Positions 53,711-64,000 of a stretch of DNA of 64,000 bases are shown one piece after another. This DNA is from Alphaproteobacteria bacterium. GTDB lineage: Bacteria > Pseudomonadota > Alphaproteobacteria > Bin95. Position numbers and translations under genes: made by a program. Where the stretch lies: positions 2,112,001-2,176,000 of the forward strand of contig CBDBGH010000003.1 of NCBI GenBank assembly GCA_965205265.1. The letters run 5' to 3'. Below the pieces are notes generated by a model. That model made no database searches and had not been told where the DNA came from. It was given only the letters and a program-made list of their open reading frames with translations. Positions within the stretch are counted from its first letter, which is position 1; each line of letters begins with the position of its first letter.

Positions 53711-55312
53711 ATGGCGGAAGCTGAGTTCGATTATATCGTCGTGGGCGCGGGGTCTGCGGGGGCAGCGCTCGCCAGCCGGCTGACCGAGGACCCGAATTGC
53801 AAGGTGCTGCTGCTGGAGGCCGGCAAGGCGAGCCACCCCTACTCCCGCTTCCCGATCAGCTTCGGGCTCCTGATCGACAACCCGGCCGCCAACTGGTGCT
53901 TCATGTCCGACCCGGAGCCGACCACCGCAAACCGGGAAATCCCGGTGCCGCGCGGCAAGCTGCTCGGCGGGTCCAGCAGCATCAACGGCCTCGTCTATGT
54001 GCGTGGCCAGCCGCTCGACTACAACAGCTGGGCGCAGATGGGCAATCGCGGCTGGACCTGGGAGGACGTGGCGCCCGTCTTCAAGCGCATGGAGAGCTAC
54101 GAGAAGGCCGGAGACGGCATCAGGGGCGAGGACGGCCCGCTCCAGGTCACCGAGGTTCCGGACCGGAACCCGCTCTACGATGCGTTGTTCGCCGCCGCCG
54201 AAGAGGTCGGCCACAAGATCAACCCGGACTACAACAGCCCCGACCAGGAAGGCGTGGTCAAGACGCAGGTGACGATCAAGAACGGGCGGCGCATGTCCAC
54301 CGCCCATTGCTACCTGAAGCCTGCCGAGAACCGCCCGAACCTCCGGATCGTGACGGAAGCGCATACCCGCCGCGTGCTGCTGGAGGGCAAGCGCTGCGTC
54401 GGCGTCGCCTATGAGAAGGGCGGGCAAACGGTCGAGGCGCGGGCCGGGCGCGAGACGGTGCTCGCCGCAGGCGCCGTCTGCTCGCCGCAGATCCTGGAAC
54501 TATCCGGCATCGGCCGCCCGGAGGTGCTGGGTGCGCACGGCATAGAGGTGCAGCACGAACTGGCCGGCGTCGGGGAGAACTTCCGCGACCACATCAACGC
54601 CCGCATCCAGTGGCGGGTGACGGCGAAGGGCGTGTCCTACAACGAGCGCATGGGCACGCTGTTCGGCAAGGCCGGCCAGGTGCTGCGCTACGCCTTCACG
54701 CGCGGCGGATTCATGAGCCTGCCCTCCGCGCCGCTGCTCGCCTTCCTGCGCACCCGGCCGGAGCTGGAGACGCCGGATGTGCAGATGCACCTGGTGCCCT
54801 ATGCCGTGAAGGACCCGAAGCGCCGGCTGCTCCAGCCCTTCCCCAGCATGACCATCGCCTGCTACCAGCTGCGGCCCGAGAGCCTGGGCTCGATCCACAT
54901 CCGCTCGGCCGACCCGGACGCGCAGCCGGCGATCCGGTTCAACTTCCTGGCCGACGAGATCGACCGGCGGGCTATGACCGGCGGCTTCCGCATGATGCGG
55001 GAACTCATGGCGGCCGAAGCGATGGCGCCCTTCCGGGGCGCGGAATTCGACCCCGGCGAGGACGTGGCGAGCGACGACGAGATCCTGGACTGGATCCGCA
55101 ACAACTCGCAGACCGCCTACCACCCCATCGGCACCTGCCGCATGGGGCCCGGTCCGGAGGCCGTGGTCGATGACCGGCTCAGGGTGCATGGACTGGAGGG
55201 CCTGAGGATCGCGGACGCCTCGATCTTCCCGACCATGCCGTCGGGCAACACCAATGCGCCCTCGATCATGATCGGCGAACGCTGCGCCGACTTCCTGCGC
55301 GCCGGCGAATAG
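53711..55312 (+). CDS. GMC oxidoreductase (choline dehydrogenase-like)
   Basis: GAGSAG, RGKLLGGSSSING, YHPIGTCRMG, GNTNAP. Confidence 0.93.
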   Translation: MAEAEFDYIVVGAGSAGAALASRLTEDPNCKVLLLEAGKASHPYSRFPISFGLLIDNPAANWCFMSDPEPTTANREIPVPRGKLLGGSSSINGLVYVRGQPLDYNSWAQMGNRGWTWEDVAPVFKRMESYEKAGDGIRGEDGPLQVTEVPDRNPLYDALFAAAEEVGHKINPDYNSPDQEGVVKTQVTIKNGRRMSTAHCYLKPAENRPNLRIVTEAHTRRVLLEGKRCVGVAYEKGGQTVEARAGRETVLAAGAVCSPQILELSGIGRPEVLGAHGIEVQHELAGVGENFRDHINARIQWRVTAKGVSYNERMGTLFGKAGQVLRYAFTRGGFMSLPSAPLLAFLRTRPELETPDVQMHLVPYAVKDPKRRLLQPFPSMTIACYQLRPESLGSIHIRSADPDAQPAIRFNFLADEIDRRAMTGGFRMMRELMAAEAMAPFRGAEFDPGEDVASDDEILDWIRNNSQTAYHPIGTCRMGPGPEAVVDDRLRVHGLEGLRIADASIFPTMPSGNTNAPSIMIGERCADFLRAGE

Positions 55313-55325
55313 CCGGGCGCAGGCC

Positions 55326-56501
55326 CTATTTCGGCGGGTGGGCGCGGACGGCGTCCTCGTTCACCTCGGCGCCCCAGCCCGGCCCTGTCGGCAGGATGAG
55401 TTCGCCGTTCTCGATCCGGGGCGGCACCGTCACGAGGTCGTCCTTCCACGGCACGTCGTCGATGTCGATCTCCATGATGCGGAAATTCGGCACGGTCGCG
55501 CAGAGATGCGCGCTCATCAGCGTCGAGAGATGGCCGTAGAAATTGTGCGGTGCGATGTTGACCTCCCAGGCGTCGCACATGGCGGCGATCTTGAGGCTCT
55601 CGCTGAAGCCGTTCCAGGGCACGTCGATAATCGCCGCGTCCATGGAATAGCGTTCCAGGAAGGGCCGGAACTGGCGGCGCCCATATAGCGATTCGCAGGA
55701 CGCGATGGGCGTTTCGACGGACCGGCGGATCATGGCCAGCCCCTCCGGGTCGTAATTGTCGATCTCGATCCAGTAGAGGCCCAGATCGTCGAGCGCGCGG
55801 GCGAGCGCCATGTAGCCGTCGGTGCGGAAGTTGAAATTGAGGTCCACGAGGATATCGACCCGGCCGCCGCTGCCCTCCTGGAAAGCCGAGATCTGGTTGC
55901 GGAGCGCGCGCACCGTCTCGCGCGAGAGGTTGAGCTCCGGCCGGTCGCCGGCCGCGCGCGCGAAGCCTGGCATGTAGACATAGGGCTCGGGGCCGTCGAA
56001 TCGGTACATGTTGCACTTCAGCGCCGTAAAGCCGCGTTCCCGCACCCGTGCGCCCAGCGCCTCCACATCGTCGAGGCTCCGCAGCGGCTGCTCGCCGATC
56101 ACGTCCGCATGGTTCACCAGATAGGTGCCGCAGTGGGACCAGTAGAGCCGGAACCGGTCGCGCACCGGCCCGCCGAACAGCTCATAGACCGGCACGCCGA
56201 GCGCCTTCGCCTTGATGTCGAGCAGCGCGTTCTCGATGGCGGCGATGGCCTGGGCGTTCATGCCGCCCGGCGCCTGGCGCGTCTGCGCGTAGAGCATGGC
56301 GCCGATCCGCTCGACCGGCCGGGGGTCGGCCCCGACAAGCGTCTCGCCGAGCGCGGCAATGACCGCGCTCAGGCCCCGGCTGCCATAGCTCTCATTGTAT
56401 TCCGACCAGCCGACCAGCCCTTCGTCGGTGGTGATCTTCAGGAAGGAAATGTTCCGCCAGCCGGCGTCCGCATGCAGGTTCTCGAATCCCCGGATCTTCA
56501 T
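55326..56501 (-). CDS. Mandelate racemase/muconate lactonizing (enolase superfamily) protein
   Basis: AIENALLDIKAKALGVPVYELFGG, PHN, P.GPGWG. Confidence 0.9.
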   Translation of the reverse strand: MKIRGFENLHADAGWRNISFLKITTDEGLVGWSEYNESYGSRGLSAVIAALGETLVGADPRPVERIGAMLYAQTRQAPGGMNAQAIAAIENALLDIKAKALGVPVYELFGGPVRDRFRLYWSHCGTYLVNHADVIGEQPLRSLDDVEALGARVRERGFTALKCNMYRFDGPEPYVYMPGFARAAGDRPELNLSRETVRALRNQISAFQEGSGGRVDILVDLNFNFRTDGYMALARALDDLGLYWIEIDNYDPEGLAMIRRSVETPIASCESLYGRRQFRPFLERYSMDAAIIDVPWNGFSESLKIAAMCDAWEVNIAPHNFYGHLSTLMSAHLCATVPNFRIMEIDIDDVPWKDDLVTVPPRIENGELILPTGPGWGAEVNEDAVRAHPPK

Positions 56502-56597
56502 CGGCCTTGCCCCCTTCTTTTCCCTCTACAGACCGCCCGGGCGACTATGGCACGGTTTGCGCGGGCGTTCGACGGCACGGCTCTTGCGCCCCCGGGA

Positions 56598-57698
56598 TCA
56601 TGAAACCGGGGCCTCGGGATCGAGCCTTTCCAGCCTGGCCGGATCGTAGGGACGCAGATCGACCCCGCCCTGCGCGTCGCCGGCGATCAGCGCCGCCATC
56701 GCCTCGCCTGTCGACGGGGCGTTGAGCATGCCCCAGACGCTGTGGCCGGTCGCCACAAACGCGCCGGCTATCCCCGGAACGGGGCCGATCAGGGGCAGCC
56801 CATCTGCGGTGACCGGCCGGAAGCAGGCCTGCTCGGCGAGGACCCTGGAGGCCGCGAGGCCGGGGGAGACGCTTGCCGTCATCCGCCGCAGCCGCTCTGA
56901 GGCCCCGGCCTCCGGCAGGACGTCGGCCGGATCGACGGGCAGGGCATGTTCGCCGGACAGGCCGCAGACATAGGTGGTGCCGTCCAGCCGCGGATTGATC
57001 TCGGGCGCGGCCACCTCTCCGTCCCCGGTTTCCAGTTCGACGAACAGCGAGACCGGAGAGGGCTCGTAGTCGAAGACGAGGCTGTGCCCCTTGATGCCGT
57101 AAACAGCGGGCAGCGGCAGCCAGCGGCAGGCCAGCAGCGACCACGGGCCCATGGCGATGACGACGGCGTCGGCGGCGACTTCCGTCCCGTCCACGACCGC
57201 GCCCGCCGCGCGCGCGCCGCCGGCCGCGAGCGCGATGCCCTCGACGCATCCCTCGATCAGCCGCGCGCCGCGCTCGGCGGCGGCCGCCATCATCGCTTCG
57301 GTGAAGGCCGCCGGATCGATCTGCGCCGTCGTTTCGGGGCTCCCCAGCTTTCCATGCACCGCGCAGTCGCCGGCCAGCCAGTCGGGCGAAGGCAGGCGCC
57401 TGAAACGGCCGACATCCTGCCGGGCGCTCGCGACGACGCCGAGGGTCTCGACCCGGCGATAGCCCCAGTCGCGGCCGAGGCTCCCGGCCAGTTCCGCATG
57501 CAGGTCGAAGCCCCGGCGCGCCAGCGCCTCAAGCGGCGAGCCGTCGCACCAATCGCGCGCGAGGAACCCGCCCGACTTGCCGGAGGCGGCGTTGGCGACG
57601 CCCGCACGCTCGACAACGAGCGCCTCCATGCCGCGAAGGCTCAGGAAATAGGCAAGCGACGTCCCGATGACGCCGCCGCCGCAGATCAAGACTTTCAT
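56598..57698 (-). CDS. FAD-dependent oxidoreductase (DAO family)
   Basis: GGGVIG, ASGKSGGFL, RPVTADGLP, TGHSVWG. Confidence 0.9.
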   Translation of the reverse strand: MKVLICGGGVIGTSLAYFLSLRGMEALVVERAGVANAASGKSGGFLARDWCDGSPLEALARRGFDLHAELAGSLGRDWGYRRVETLGVVASARQDVGRFRRLPSPDWLAGDCAVHGKLGSPETTAQIDPAAFTEAMMAAAAERGARLIEGCVEGIALAAGGARAAGAVVDGTEVAADAVVIAMGPWSLLACRWLPLPAVYGIKGHSLVFDYEPSPVSLFVELETGDGEVAAPEINPRLDGTTYVCGLSGEHALPVDPADVLPEAGASERLRRMTASVSPGLAASRVLAEQACFRPVTADGLPLIGPVPGIAGAFVATGHSVWGMLNAPSTGEAMAALIAGDAQGGVDLRPYDPARLERLDPEAPVS

Positions 57699-57703
57699 GC
57701 CGC

Positions 57704-58615
57704 TCAGGCCAGTTCCGGCATGTTGGCGGCGCGGCTGGCTAGCGGGATTTCGGTCATGTCCGCGACATCCCTGGCGGCCCGGACCGCCTCGCCGGCGCCG
57801 ACGCCGCAATCGACGCCCATGGCGTTCAGGAAGCTCACGATATCCTCCGTCGGCAGGTTGCCGACCGAGCCGTAATCGCCGGGGAAGGCGATGCCGCCGC
57901 CGATGCCGCAGATCGACCCCTCGACCATGGTCACACCGGCATCGAGCGCCGCCATCACATTGGCTTGCGCCCAGCCGCGCTTCTCGTGGACATGGAAGCC
58001 GAACTCGCAGTCGGGGAAGCGGTCGTGCGCCATGCGGAACAGCGTGTTCACCTGGCGCGGCTCCTCCATGCCCGTGCTGCCGGCCAGATAGAAGCGGCGC
58101 ACGCCGAGGTTCCGCAGCCGGTCCACGCAATCCAGCGTGCGTTCGGGCTGGATGACGCCCTCATAGGGGCAGTAGAGCGACATGCCGAGCGCCATGATGA
58201 AGGCCCGGCCGGCCTCGTCCGCGACGCGGAAGCAGTCTCCGCCCGCCTGGATCGCCTCATCGACGGTCATGTTCTGGTTCTTGGCCATGTAGGTGCCGCT
58301 CACCGTCATGAGGCCGAGTATCTCGTCGATATCGGTCTCGACGGCGCGCAGCGCGCCGCGCTTGTTCGGCACCAGCGCGCGATAGACGGTGCCGTCCCGG
58401 CGTTTCACCCGCGAGACGACCTCCTCGGCGTCCGTCAGCATCGGCACATAGCGGGGGCTGGCGAAGCTGGTGATCTCGATGACGGGAAAACCCGCATCGG
58501 TCAGCCGGTCGATCATGGCGACCTTCACATCGGTCTCGATCCAGCGGCCGAGCGACTGCAGGCCGTCGCGCGGGCCCACCTCGACCACAGTCACCCGTTC
58601 CGGCAGCGCCAGCAT
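57704..58615 (-). CDS. Hydroxymethylglutaryl-CoA lyase family protein
   Basis: EVGPRDGLQ, FHVH, GNLPTED. Confidence 0.88.
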   Translation of the reverse strand: MLALPERVTVVEVGPRDGLQSLGRWIETDVKVAMIDRLTDAGFPVIEITSFASPRYVPMLTDAEEVVSRVKRRDGTVYRALVPNKRGALRAVETDIDEILGLMTVSGTYMAKNQNMTVDEAIQAGGDCFRVADEAGRAFIMALGMSLYCPYEGVIQPERTLDCVDRLRNLGVRRFYLAGSTGMEEPRQVNTLFRMAHDRFPDCEFGFHVHEKRGWAQANVMAALDAGVTMVEGSICGIGGGIAFPGDYGSVGNLPTEDIVSFLNAMGVDCGVGAGEAVRAARDVADMTEIPLASRAANMPELA

Positions 58616-58651
58616 GTCCTTCCTCCCCTGGTCCCTTTGCCGGCCGCCGGC

Positions 58652-59851
58652 TCAGTCGAGCGGCAGGCCGGCGGCGCGCAACTCCGCCTCGTCGAAGCCG
58701 AGCCGCTCCACCAGGACGGCCCGGTTGTCGGCGCCGAGCTTCGGCCCGGCATGGCGGATCCCGCCCGGCGTGCGCGAGAACTTGCCGACCACGTTCTGCA
58801 TCCGGATCGGCCCGCCGAGCTCCTCGTCCTCGACCGCGACGATGTTCTCCCGCGCCTTGTAGTGCGGGTCCTCAAAAATCTCCGCGATGCTGTTGCAGGG
58901 CGCGGCGGCCGCGTCGAACCGGTCGAAGAGCGCCAGCAGGTCGTCGCGGTCGAAGCGCAGCATCGCCGCCTGGAGCGCCTCGTCGAGCGCCGGCGCGTTC
59001 TGGATGCGGAGCCGGTTGTCGAGGAACCGCTCGTCATGGACAAGCTCCGGCACCTCCAGCGCCTCGCACATGCGCTCGAAGGTGGACTGCGCGCTGCCCG
59101 AGATCGAGACCCACTTGTCGTCCTTCGTGCGGTAGGTGTTGCGCGGCGCGGTGAAGGGCAGACGGCTGCCGTTGCGCTCCTGCACGATGCCGAGCTGGTC
59201 GAAATCCACCACCTGCGGCCCGAGCAGGGTGAAGAGCGGCTCGTAGATGGCGAAGTCCACGACCTGTCCCCTGCCCGACCGCCGCTTCTCCTGCAGCGCC
59301 ACCATGGCGAGGAACGCGCCCATCAGGCCCGAGCTCTCGTCGGCGAGGCCGAAGCCGGGCAGCAGCGGCGGCCGGTCGGCATAGCCGGTGATGTAGGCAT
59401 AGCCCGAATAGCCCTCGGCGAGCGTGCCGAAGCCCGGCCGGTGGCTGTTGGGGCCGGTCTGCCCGAAGCCGGTCAGGCGCACCATGATGAGGCCGGGATT
59501 GATCTCGCTCAGCACGTCGTAGCCGAGGCCCCAGCGCTCCAGCGTCCCCTTGCGGTAGTTCTCGACCACGATGTCGGCGTCCGCAACGAGGCGCTTGACG
59601 ATCTCGACGCCGAGCGGCGTGCGCAGGTCCGCGGTGACCGAGCGCTTGTTGCGGTTCACCAGCTTGAACATCAGGCCGACGCCGTCCTTGTCGTTGCCCC
59701 AGAAGCGCAGCTCGTCGCCGGTATCCGGGCGCTCGATCTTTACGACCTCGGCGCCGAAGTCCGCCAGGAACATCGTGGAAACGGGGCCGGCGAGGAAATT
59801 GGAGATATCGACGACCTTGACGCCGGCAAGCGGCGGAGCGGCTTCAGGCAT
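58652..59851 (-). CDS. CaiB/BaiF family III CoA-transferase
   Basis: LADFGAEVVKIE, NRNKRS, ENYR, GFGQTGP. Confidence 0.93.
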   Translation of the reverse strand: MPEAAPPLAGVKVVDISNFLAGPVSTMFLADFGAEVVKIERPDTGDELRFWGNDKDGVGLMFKLVNRNKRSVTADLRTPLGVEIVKRLVADADIVVENYRKGTLERWGLGYDVLSEINPGLIMVRLTGFGQTGPNSHRPGFGTLAEGYSGYAYITGYADRPPLLPGFGLADESSGLMGAFLAMVALQEKRRSGRGQVVDFAIYEPLFTLLGPQVVDFDQLGIVQERNGSRLPFTAPRNTYRTKDDKWVSISGSAQSTFERMCEALEVPELVHDERFLDNRLRIQNAPALDEALQAAMLRFDRDDLLALFDRFDAAAAPCNSIAEIFEDPHYKARENIVAVEDEELGGPIRMQNVVGKFSRTPGGIRHAGPKLGADNRAVLVERLGFDEAELRAAGLPLD

Positions 59852-59968
59852 GGCTGGAACCCATTGCAGCGGGGACGCGCGGGGCGCCCCACGGACCCCG
59901 GAACCGTGCCCCGAAACGACGGGCCGCGCAACCGCTGCCGGACGGGGAGCAGGAGGCGCCGCGGCCGC

Positions 59969-60844
59969 CTATTCCGCCGCCTCCAGCTTGTCCTGGGTGC
60001 GGAGCTCGAAGTCGGAGGCGTCGTGGCGCTCGTGGAGCTGGTCCTCCAGAGGGCCCCTGATCCGGTTGACCTTCCGCCCCCGGATGACGGCGCCGCGGGC
60101 CGCGATCTCCTCGTACCAGCGCACGACATTGCGGTAGTCCTGCGCGGCGAGGAATTCCGCCGCGCCGTAAAGCGCATCCGTGGTCAGCACGCCGTACCAG
60201 GGCCAGATCGCCATGTCAGCGACGGTGTAGTCCCCGCCCGCCACATAGCGCGTCTCGGCGAGCCGCCTGTCGAGCACGTCGAGCTGGCGCTTCACCTCCA
60301 TGGTGTATCGGTCGATCGGGTATTGCTGCTTGCTCGGCGCATAGGCGTAGAAATGCCCGAAGCCGCCGCCGAGATAGGGCGCGGAACCCATCTGCCAGAA
60401 CAGCCAGGAGAGGCATTCCGCCCGCGCCGAGGGGTCTTCGGGAAGGAAGGCGCCGAATTTTTCGGCGAGGTAGAGCAGGATCGCGCCGGACTCGAACACG
60501 CGCGTCGGTTCGGGCGTGGAGTAATCGACCAGCGCCGGGATTTTCGAGTTCGGGTTGATCGCCACGAAGCCGGAGCCGAATTGGTCGCCGTCGCCGATCC
60601 TGATGAGCCAGGCGTCGTATTCCGCGCCGCTGTGGCCTGCCGCCAGCAGCTCCTCCAGCATCACCGTCACCTTCACGCCGTTGGGCGTGCCCAGCGAGTA
60701 GAGCTGGAAGGGGTGCCTGCCGCGCGGCAGCTCCTTCTCATGCGTGGCGCCGGCGACGGGGCGGTTGATCGAGGCGAAGCGGCCGCCGCTCTCCTGCTCC
60801 CAGGTCCAGACTTTCGGCGGTTCGTAGGCGGAGGCGTCGGTCAT
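59969..60844 (-). CDS. yghU: Glutathione-dependent disulfide-bond oxidoreductase (GST Nu class)
   Basis: YEPPKVWTW, SLGTPNG, NPNSKIP, ERHDASDF. Confidence 0.92.
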   Translation of the reverse strand: MTDASAYEPPKVWTWEQESGGRFASINRPVAGATHEKELPRGRHPFQLYSLGTPNGVKVTVMLEELLAAGHSGAEYDAWLIRIGDGDQFGSGFVAINPNSKIPALVDYSTPEPTRVFESGAILLYLAEKFGAFLPEDPSARAECLSWLFWQMGSAPYLGGGFGHFYAYAPSKQQYPIDRYTMEVKRQLDVLDRRLAETRYVAGGDYTVADMAIWPWYGVLTTDALYGAAEFLAAQDYRNVVRWYEEIAARGAVIRGRKVNRIRGPLEDQLHERHDASDFELRTQDKLEAAE

Positions 60845-61047
60845 GTCGTCGTCCTTCAAGCGGGCATCGTGTGTGCGGGAAAACCGGAGGCGGAGGGTTT
60901 ACCACCCCCGGACGCGGATTGCATGCGCTCCCGTTTCCGGATCGCCGGGCTCCTCCTTTTCGTCGCCCCGGACGCCCGCAGAGCCTGCCCCGGACCCGAT
61001 CCGGGGGCGAGCCGGGGCCTTGTGCGGCCGGGGCAGGCTGTTGCGGC

Positions 61048-61471
61048 GTGTCATGGAACGTCATGTTAACTCATCTTTTGTCATGGTAGTGATTGCGGAA
61101 GGCTTCCTGCCGGGAGGAGAGGGAGAGGGTCGGGTCGAGCACGGGCATGGGATGCGGTTCCTTCGTTCCGGTTCGCGTTCATCCGGCGCACCGGCCCGGC
61201 AGGGAGCGACCCTTATTCGCGCGTCATCCTGCGCGGGCGCCTGTGCGCGGGCGGGCGGGCGTTTCGCGGCGGCGCGGTTCGCGCGCCTGATTGCCCGCGC
61301 GCGAGGCAGGCGCAGGACGCACTTCGCCTGTCGGCTGAATCGGGGTCGTTCCGCACCGGGCCGGCACGGGCGGGAAGCGGTCCGCGCGGACTCCACTCCC
61401 TCGGACCCATCATAGCACAATTTCTGAGAATGCAAGCTCTATGGAGAAATATTACATAAATTTCATGAACA
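61048..61471 (-). repeat. Dispersed non-coding element, copy B (core 61208-61342)
   Basis: Reverse-complement match to 29286-29772. Confidence 0.75.
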
Positions 61472-61517
61472 ATTTATCATCACAGTGGCCTCGACTTCGA
61501 ACTCATGCCTTCTTCTC

Positions 61518-61603
61518 GTCATGCCCGGACTTGTTCCGGGCATCCATACGGCCGCCCGGCGGAGCCGCTTGAGAGAGATACCCGGAACAAGTCCGGGTAT
61601 GAC
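61518..61603. repeat. Inverted pair of REP-like palindromes
   Basis: GTCATGCCCGGACTTGTTCCGGGCATCC ... GATACCCGGAACAAGTCCGGGTATGAC. Confidence 0.82.
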
Positions 61604-61696
61604 GGGAACAGGGCCAGGGCACAGAGATGGCGGTCGGGGCGCGGGGCAATGGCGGGGCAGGCCTGCCGCCCGGATCGGACTGCATGCGCTCCCGCC

Positions 61697-62644
61697 TCAA
61701 TCGGCGTAGCCGCCCATTACTTCCTCGACGAAGCGTTCGACCGTCGCCATCGCCGTATCGACGGTCGGCTCGTGGATGCGGCCGGGGATGGTGTACCAGG
61801 GATTGAGCGTGATGTGCTCCAGCCCCATGTCCCGCGCCATGTCGAGCTTGCGGCATATGTCGTCGCGGCTGCCGGTGAAGGCGTAGCCGTCGCCGAGGAA
61901 ATCCGCCGTGTCGATGTCGAAGGCGAGCGTCGCATGGAGCGAGCGCGCGATGCCGGCGGGGTCGCGACCCGCCTCTTCGGCCATGCGGTCGAGCAGCTTC
62001 AGCCGGCGGCGGAGGTCATCGACGGTCCATTGCACGGAGCCCGGGCGCCGCGCCGAGGTGATCGGATGCCAGCCGTCCCCATAGCGCACGACCCGCTCAA
62101 GCGCGCGCTCGTTGTTGCCGCCGATCCAGATCGGCGGGCGCGGCTTCTGCACGGGCGGCGGGTCGAAGGCGAAATCCCCGAACTCGTAGAACTCGCCCCG
62201 GAAGTCGTTGGACCCCTCCGACCACAAACGGTCCAGGATGCGCAGCATCTCGTCCGCCCTTGCGCCCCGCCGGGCGAAGGGCACGCCGAGCGCCTCGTAT
62301 TCCTCCCCGATCCAGCCGAAAGCGACGCCGTAAATCGTGCGCCCGCCGGAAAGGTCGTCGATGCTCGCCATTTCCTTGGCGAGCGTCACGGGATGGCGGT
62401 AGGGCAGCACGATCACCGTCGTTCCGAGCTTTACCCGGTCGGTGATGCCGGCGAGGAAGCCGAGCGTGCTGAACAGCCCGTAAACCCTGTCCGAGAAGCG
62501 CTCGACGAAGGGGCGCGGAATGATGATGTGGTCGATCGCCCAGATCGAGGCGAAGCCCATGTCCTCCCCCGCCCGGGCCATGCGTTCCAGGCTCGCCCGG
62601 TTGGCGAAGGCGCCGTGCTGCGGCATCACCAGTCCGAATTCCAT
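61697..62644 (-). CDS. LLM-class (putatively F420-dependent) oxidoreductase
   Basis: GFASIWAIDH, VLPYRHP, PPIWIGG, GDGW. Confidence 0.88.
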   Translation of the reverse strand: MEFGLVMPQHGAFANRASLERMARAGEDMGFASIWAIDHIIIPRPFVERFSDRVYGLFSTLGFLAGITDRVKLGTTVIVLPYRHPVTLAKEMASIDDLSGGRTIYGVAFGWIGEEYEALGVPFARRGARADEMLRILDRLWSEGSNDFRGEFYEFGDFAFDPPPVQKPRPPIWIGGNNERALERVVRYGDGWHPITSARRPGSVQWTVDDLRRRLKLLDRMAEEAGRDPAGIARSLHATLAFDIDTADFLGDGYAFTGSRDDICRKLDMARDMGLEHITLNPWYTIPGRIHEPTVDTAMATVERFVEEVMGGYAD

Positions 62645-62664
62645 GTCGCTTCCTCCCTCGATTC

Positions 62665-64000
62665 TCAGGCCCGGCGCTGCCAGAGCGCCCGCAGCACAGG
62701 AAATGCGAGCGCCAGCAGCACCAGGACCAGTATGCCGAGCGCAATCGGCCGGCCGAGGAAATAGCCCGCAAGGTCCGAGCTTGCCAGCGTCGCCGCGCGC
62801 CGGAGGTTCACTTCCACGATGGGGCCGAGCACGAAGCCGATCACCAAGGGCGCCAGCGGAAAGCCCGCCTTGCGCATGGCGTAGCCGACGACCCCGAACA
62901 GCCACATGATCCAGAGGTCGAGCGTCTGGCGCTGCACCGCGAACGTGCCGAATATCGCCAGCAGCAGCACGCCGGCGAGCATGTAGTCCAGCGGCACCCG
63001 GAGCACGCGCACGAACAGCGGCAGCAGCGCCAGGCCGAGCGGCAGCAGCAGCATCGCGCCGATCAGGAAGGTCGCGAAAATGCCGTTCAGCACGTCAAGA
63101 TTGGTGAAGAACAGCATCGGGCCGGGCGTGACGCCGTGGATGAGCAGCCCGCCCATCATCACCGCCACGATGGGGTCGCCGGGGATGCCGAGCGCCAGCA
63201 TCGGGATGAGCGCGCCGCCGGTCGTCGCGGAGTTGGCGGCCTCGCTCGCGATCACGCCTTCGGGCGCGCCCTTGCCGAAGCGCTCCGGCTCCTTGGAGAA
63301 GTCCCGCGCCAGCTTGTAGGCGAGGAAGGCGGAGGTGACGCCGCCGACGGCCGGGATGATGCCGATGCCGACGCCGACCATGCTCGCCCGGAGATAGCCG
63401 AAGAAGCGCGAGACGAGCGTCCTGAACATGGAGAAGGCGACGCCGATGCGCTCGCTCGCCTGCCAGCCGCGCAAGGTCCGCTCGATCTGCATCAGCACTT
63501 CGGAGATCGCGAACAGCCCGACCAGCAGCGCAACGAATGTGAGGCCCCCGGAGAACTCCGTGCGGTCGAAATTGAAGCGCGCGATGCCGGTGAACGGATC
63601 GGTGCCGATGGTGGCGCACATCAGGCCGAACAGCCCCGACAGCAGGCCCTTCAGGGTGCTGCCCTGGCTGAGGCTGGCGATGGCGGTGAGGCCCAAGGCC
63701 GCGAGCGCGAAGGTCTCCGCCGGGCCGAAGCGCACCGCGATCTTGGCAAGCGCAGGGGCGGTGAAGAGCAGGACCGTGCCGCCGATCAGCCCGCCGACCC
63801 ACGATGCAAGCGTGGCCAAGGTCACGGCCTCCGAAGAGCGCCCGGCAAGCGCCATCGGATGCGCGTCGAGAAGGGTTGCGGCGGCGATGGGCGTGCCCGG
63901 TATGCCGAGCACGGTGGCTGTCACCGCGCCTCCGTATGACCCGCCCTGGTAGAAGCCGATGAGCAGCGCGATGGAGGACACCGGGTCCATGTGGAAGGTG
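62665..64000 (-). CDS. Tripartite tricarboxylate transporter permease (TctA family), 5'-truncated by window edge
   Basis: YGG, GIPGTP, SEAANSA, LGIPG, PGP. Confidence 0.9.
   Translation of the reverse strand, partial: TFHMDPVSSIALLIGFYQGGSYGGAVTATVLGIPGTPIAAATLLDAHPMALAGRSSEAVTLATLASWVGGLIGGTVLLFTAPALAKIAVRFGPAETFALAALGLTAIASLSQGSTLKGLLSGLFGLMCATIGTDPFTGIARFNFDRTEFSGGLTFVALLVGLFAISEVLMQIERTLRGWQASERIGVAFSMFRTLVSRFFGYLRASMVGVGIGIIPAVGGVTSAFLAYKLARDFSKEPERFGKGAPEGVIASEAANSATTGGALIPMLALGIPGDPIVAVMMGGLLIHGVTPGPMLFFTNLDVLNGIFATFLIGAMLLLPLGLALLPLFVRVLRVPLDYMLAGVLLLAIFGTFAVQRQTLDLWIMWLFGVVGYAMRKAGFPLAPLVIGFVLGPIVEVNLRRAATLASSDLAGYFLGRPIALGILVLVLLALAFPVLRALWQRRA

Noticed and set aside
57965-61069. 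1034-aa plus-strand ORF and other long antisense or alternate-frame ORFs (e.g. 42955-45060, and the 48828 extension of dnaE2)
   Set aside because: Shadow frames of well-supported genes in high-GC DNA, with no recognisable motifs

Overview
GC-rich bacterial DNA, most likely alphaproteobacterial (GAAC-N7-GAAC LexA box, imuA-imuB-dnaE2 cassette, split metH, alphaproteobacterial-style palindromic repeats). The backbone is catabolic and sulfur metabolism genes: metY, pcaD, acyl-CoA enzymes, LLM oxidoreductases, PhyH dioxygenases, tandem alpha-hydroxy-acid oxidases, and a flavocytochrome c / sulfite dehydrogenase cluster. It is heavily invaded by mobile DNA. (1) Two adjacent genes missed by the ORF track each carry an in-frame TGA at a Cys position followed by a SECIS-like hairpin: a peroxiredoxin-like protein (WUPYC) and, unusually, a GNAT acetyltransferase. 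(2) Three copies of a 1916-bp IS1634-family element are flanked by direct repeats of 93, 187 and 14 bp. (3) An IS1111-type IS110 element has bridge/seek-RNA target and donor guides that can be read directly from the sequence. It sits in a CATGAC motif at the end of (4) an unexplained promoter-bearing non-coding element present twice in the window. (5) A nested IS66-in-palindrome-in-MITE structure. (6) Two EEP nuclease genes are separated by three copies of a promoter-like repeat. (7) An AT-rich DUF262 + HEPN putative defence module is clipped by an IS. (8) A G16 tract lies between the -35 and -10 hexamers of the sulfite dehydrogenase gene. All calls come from reading motifs by eye; no database search was run.
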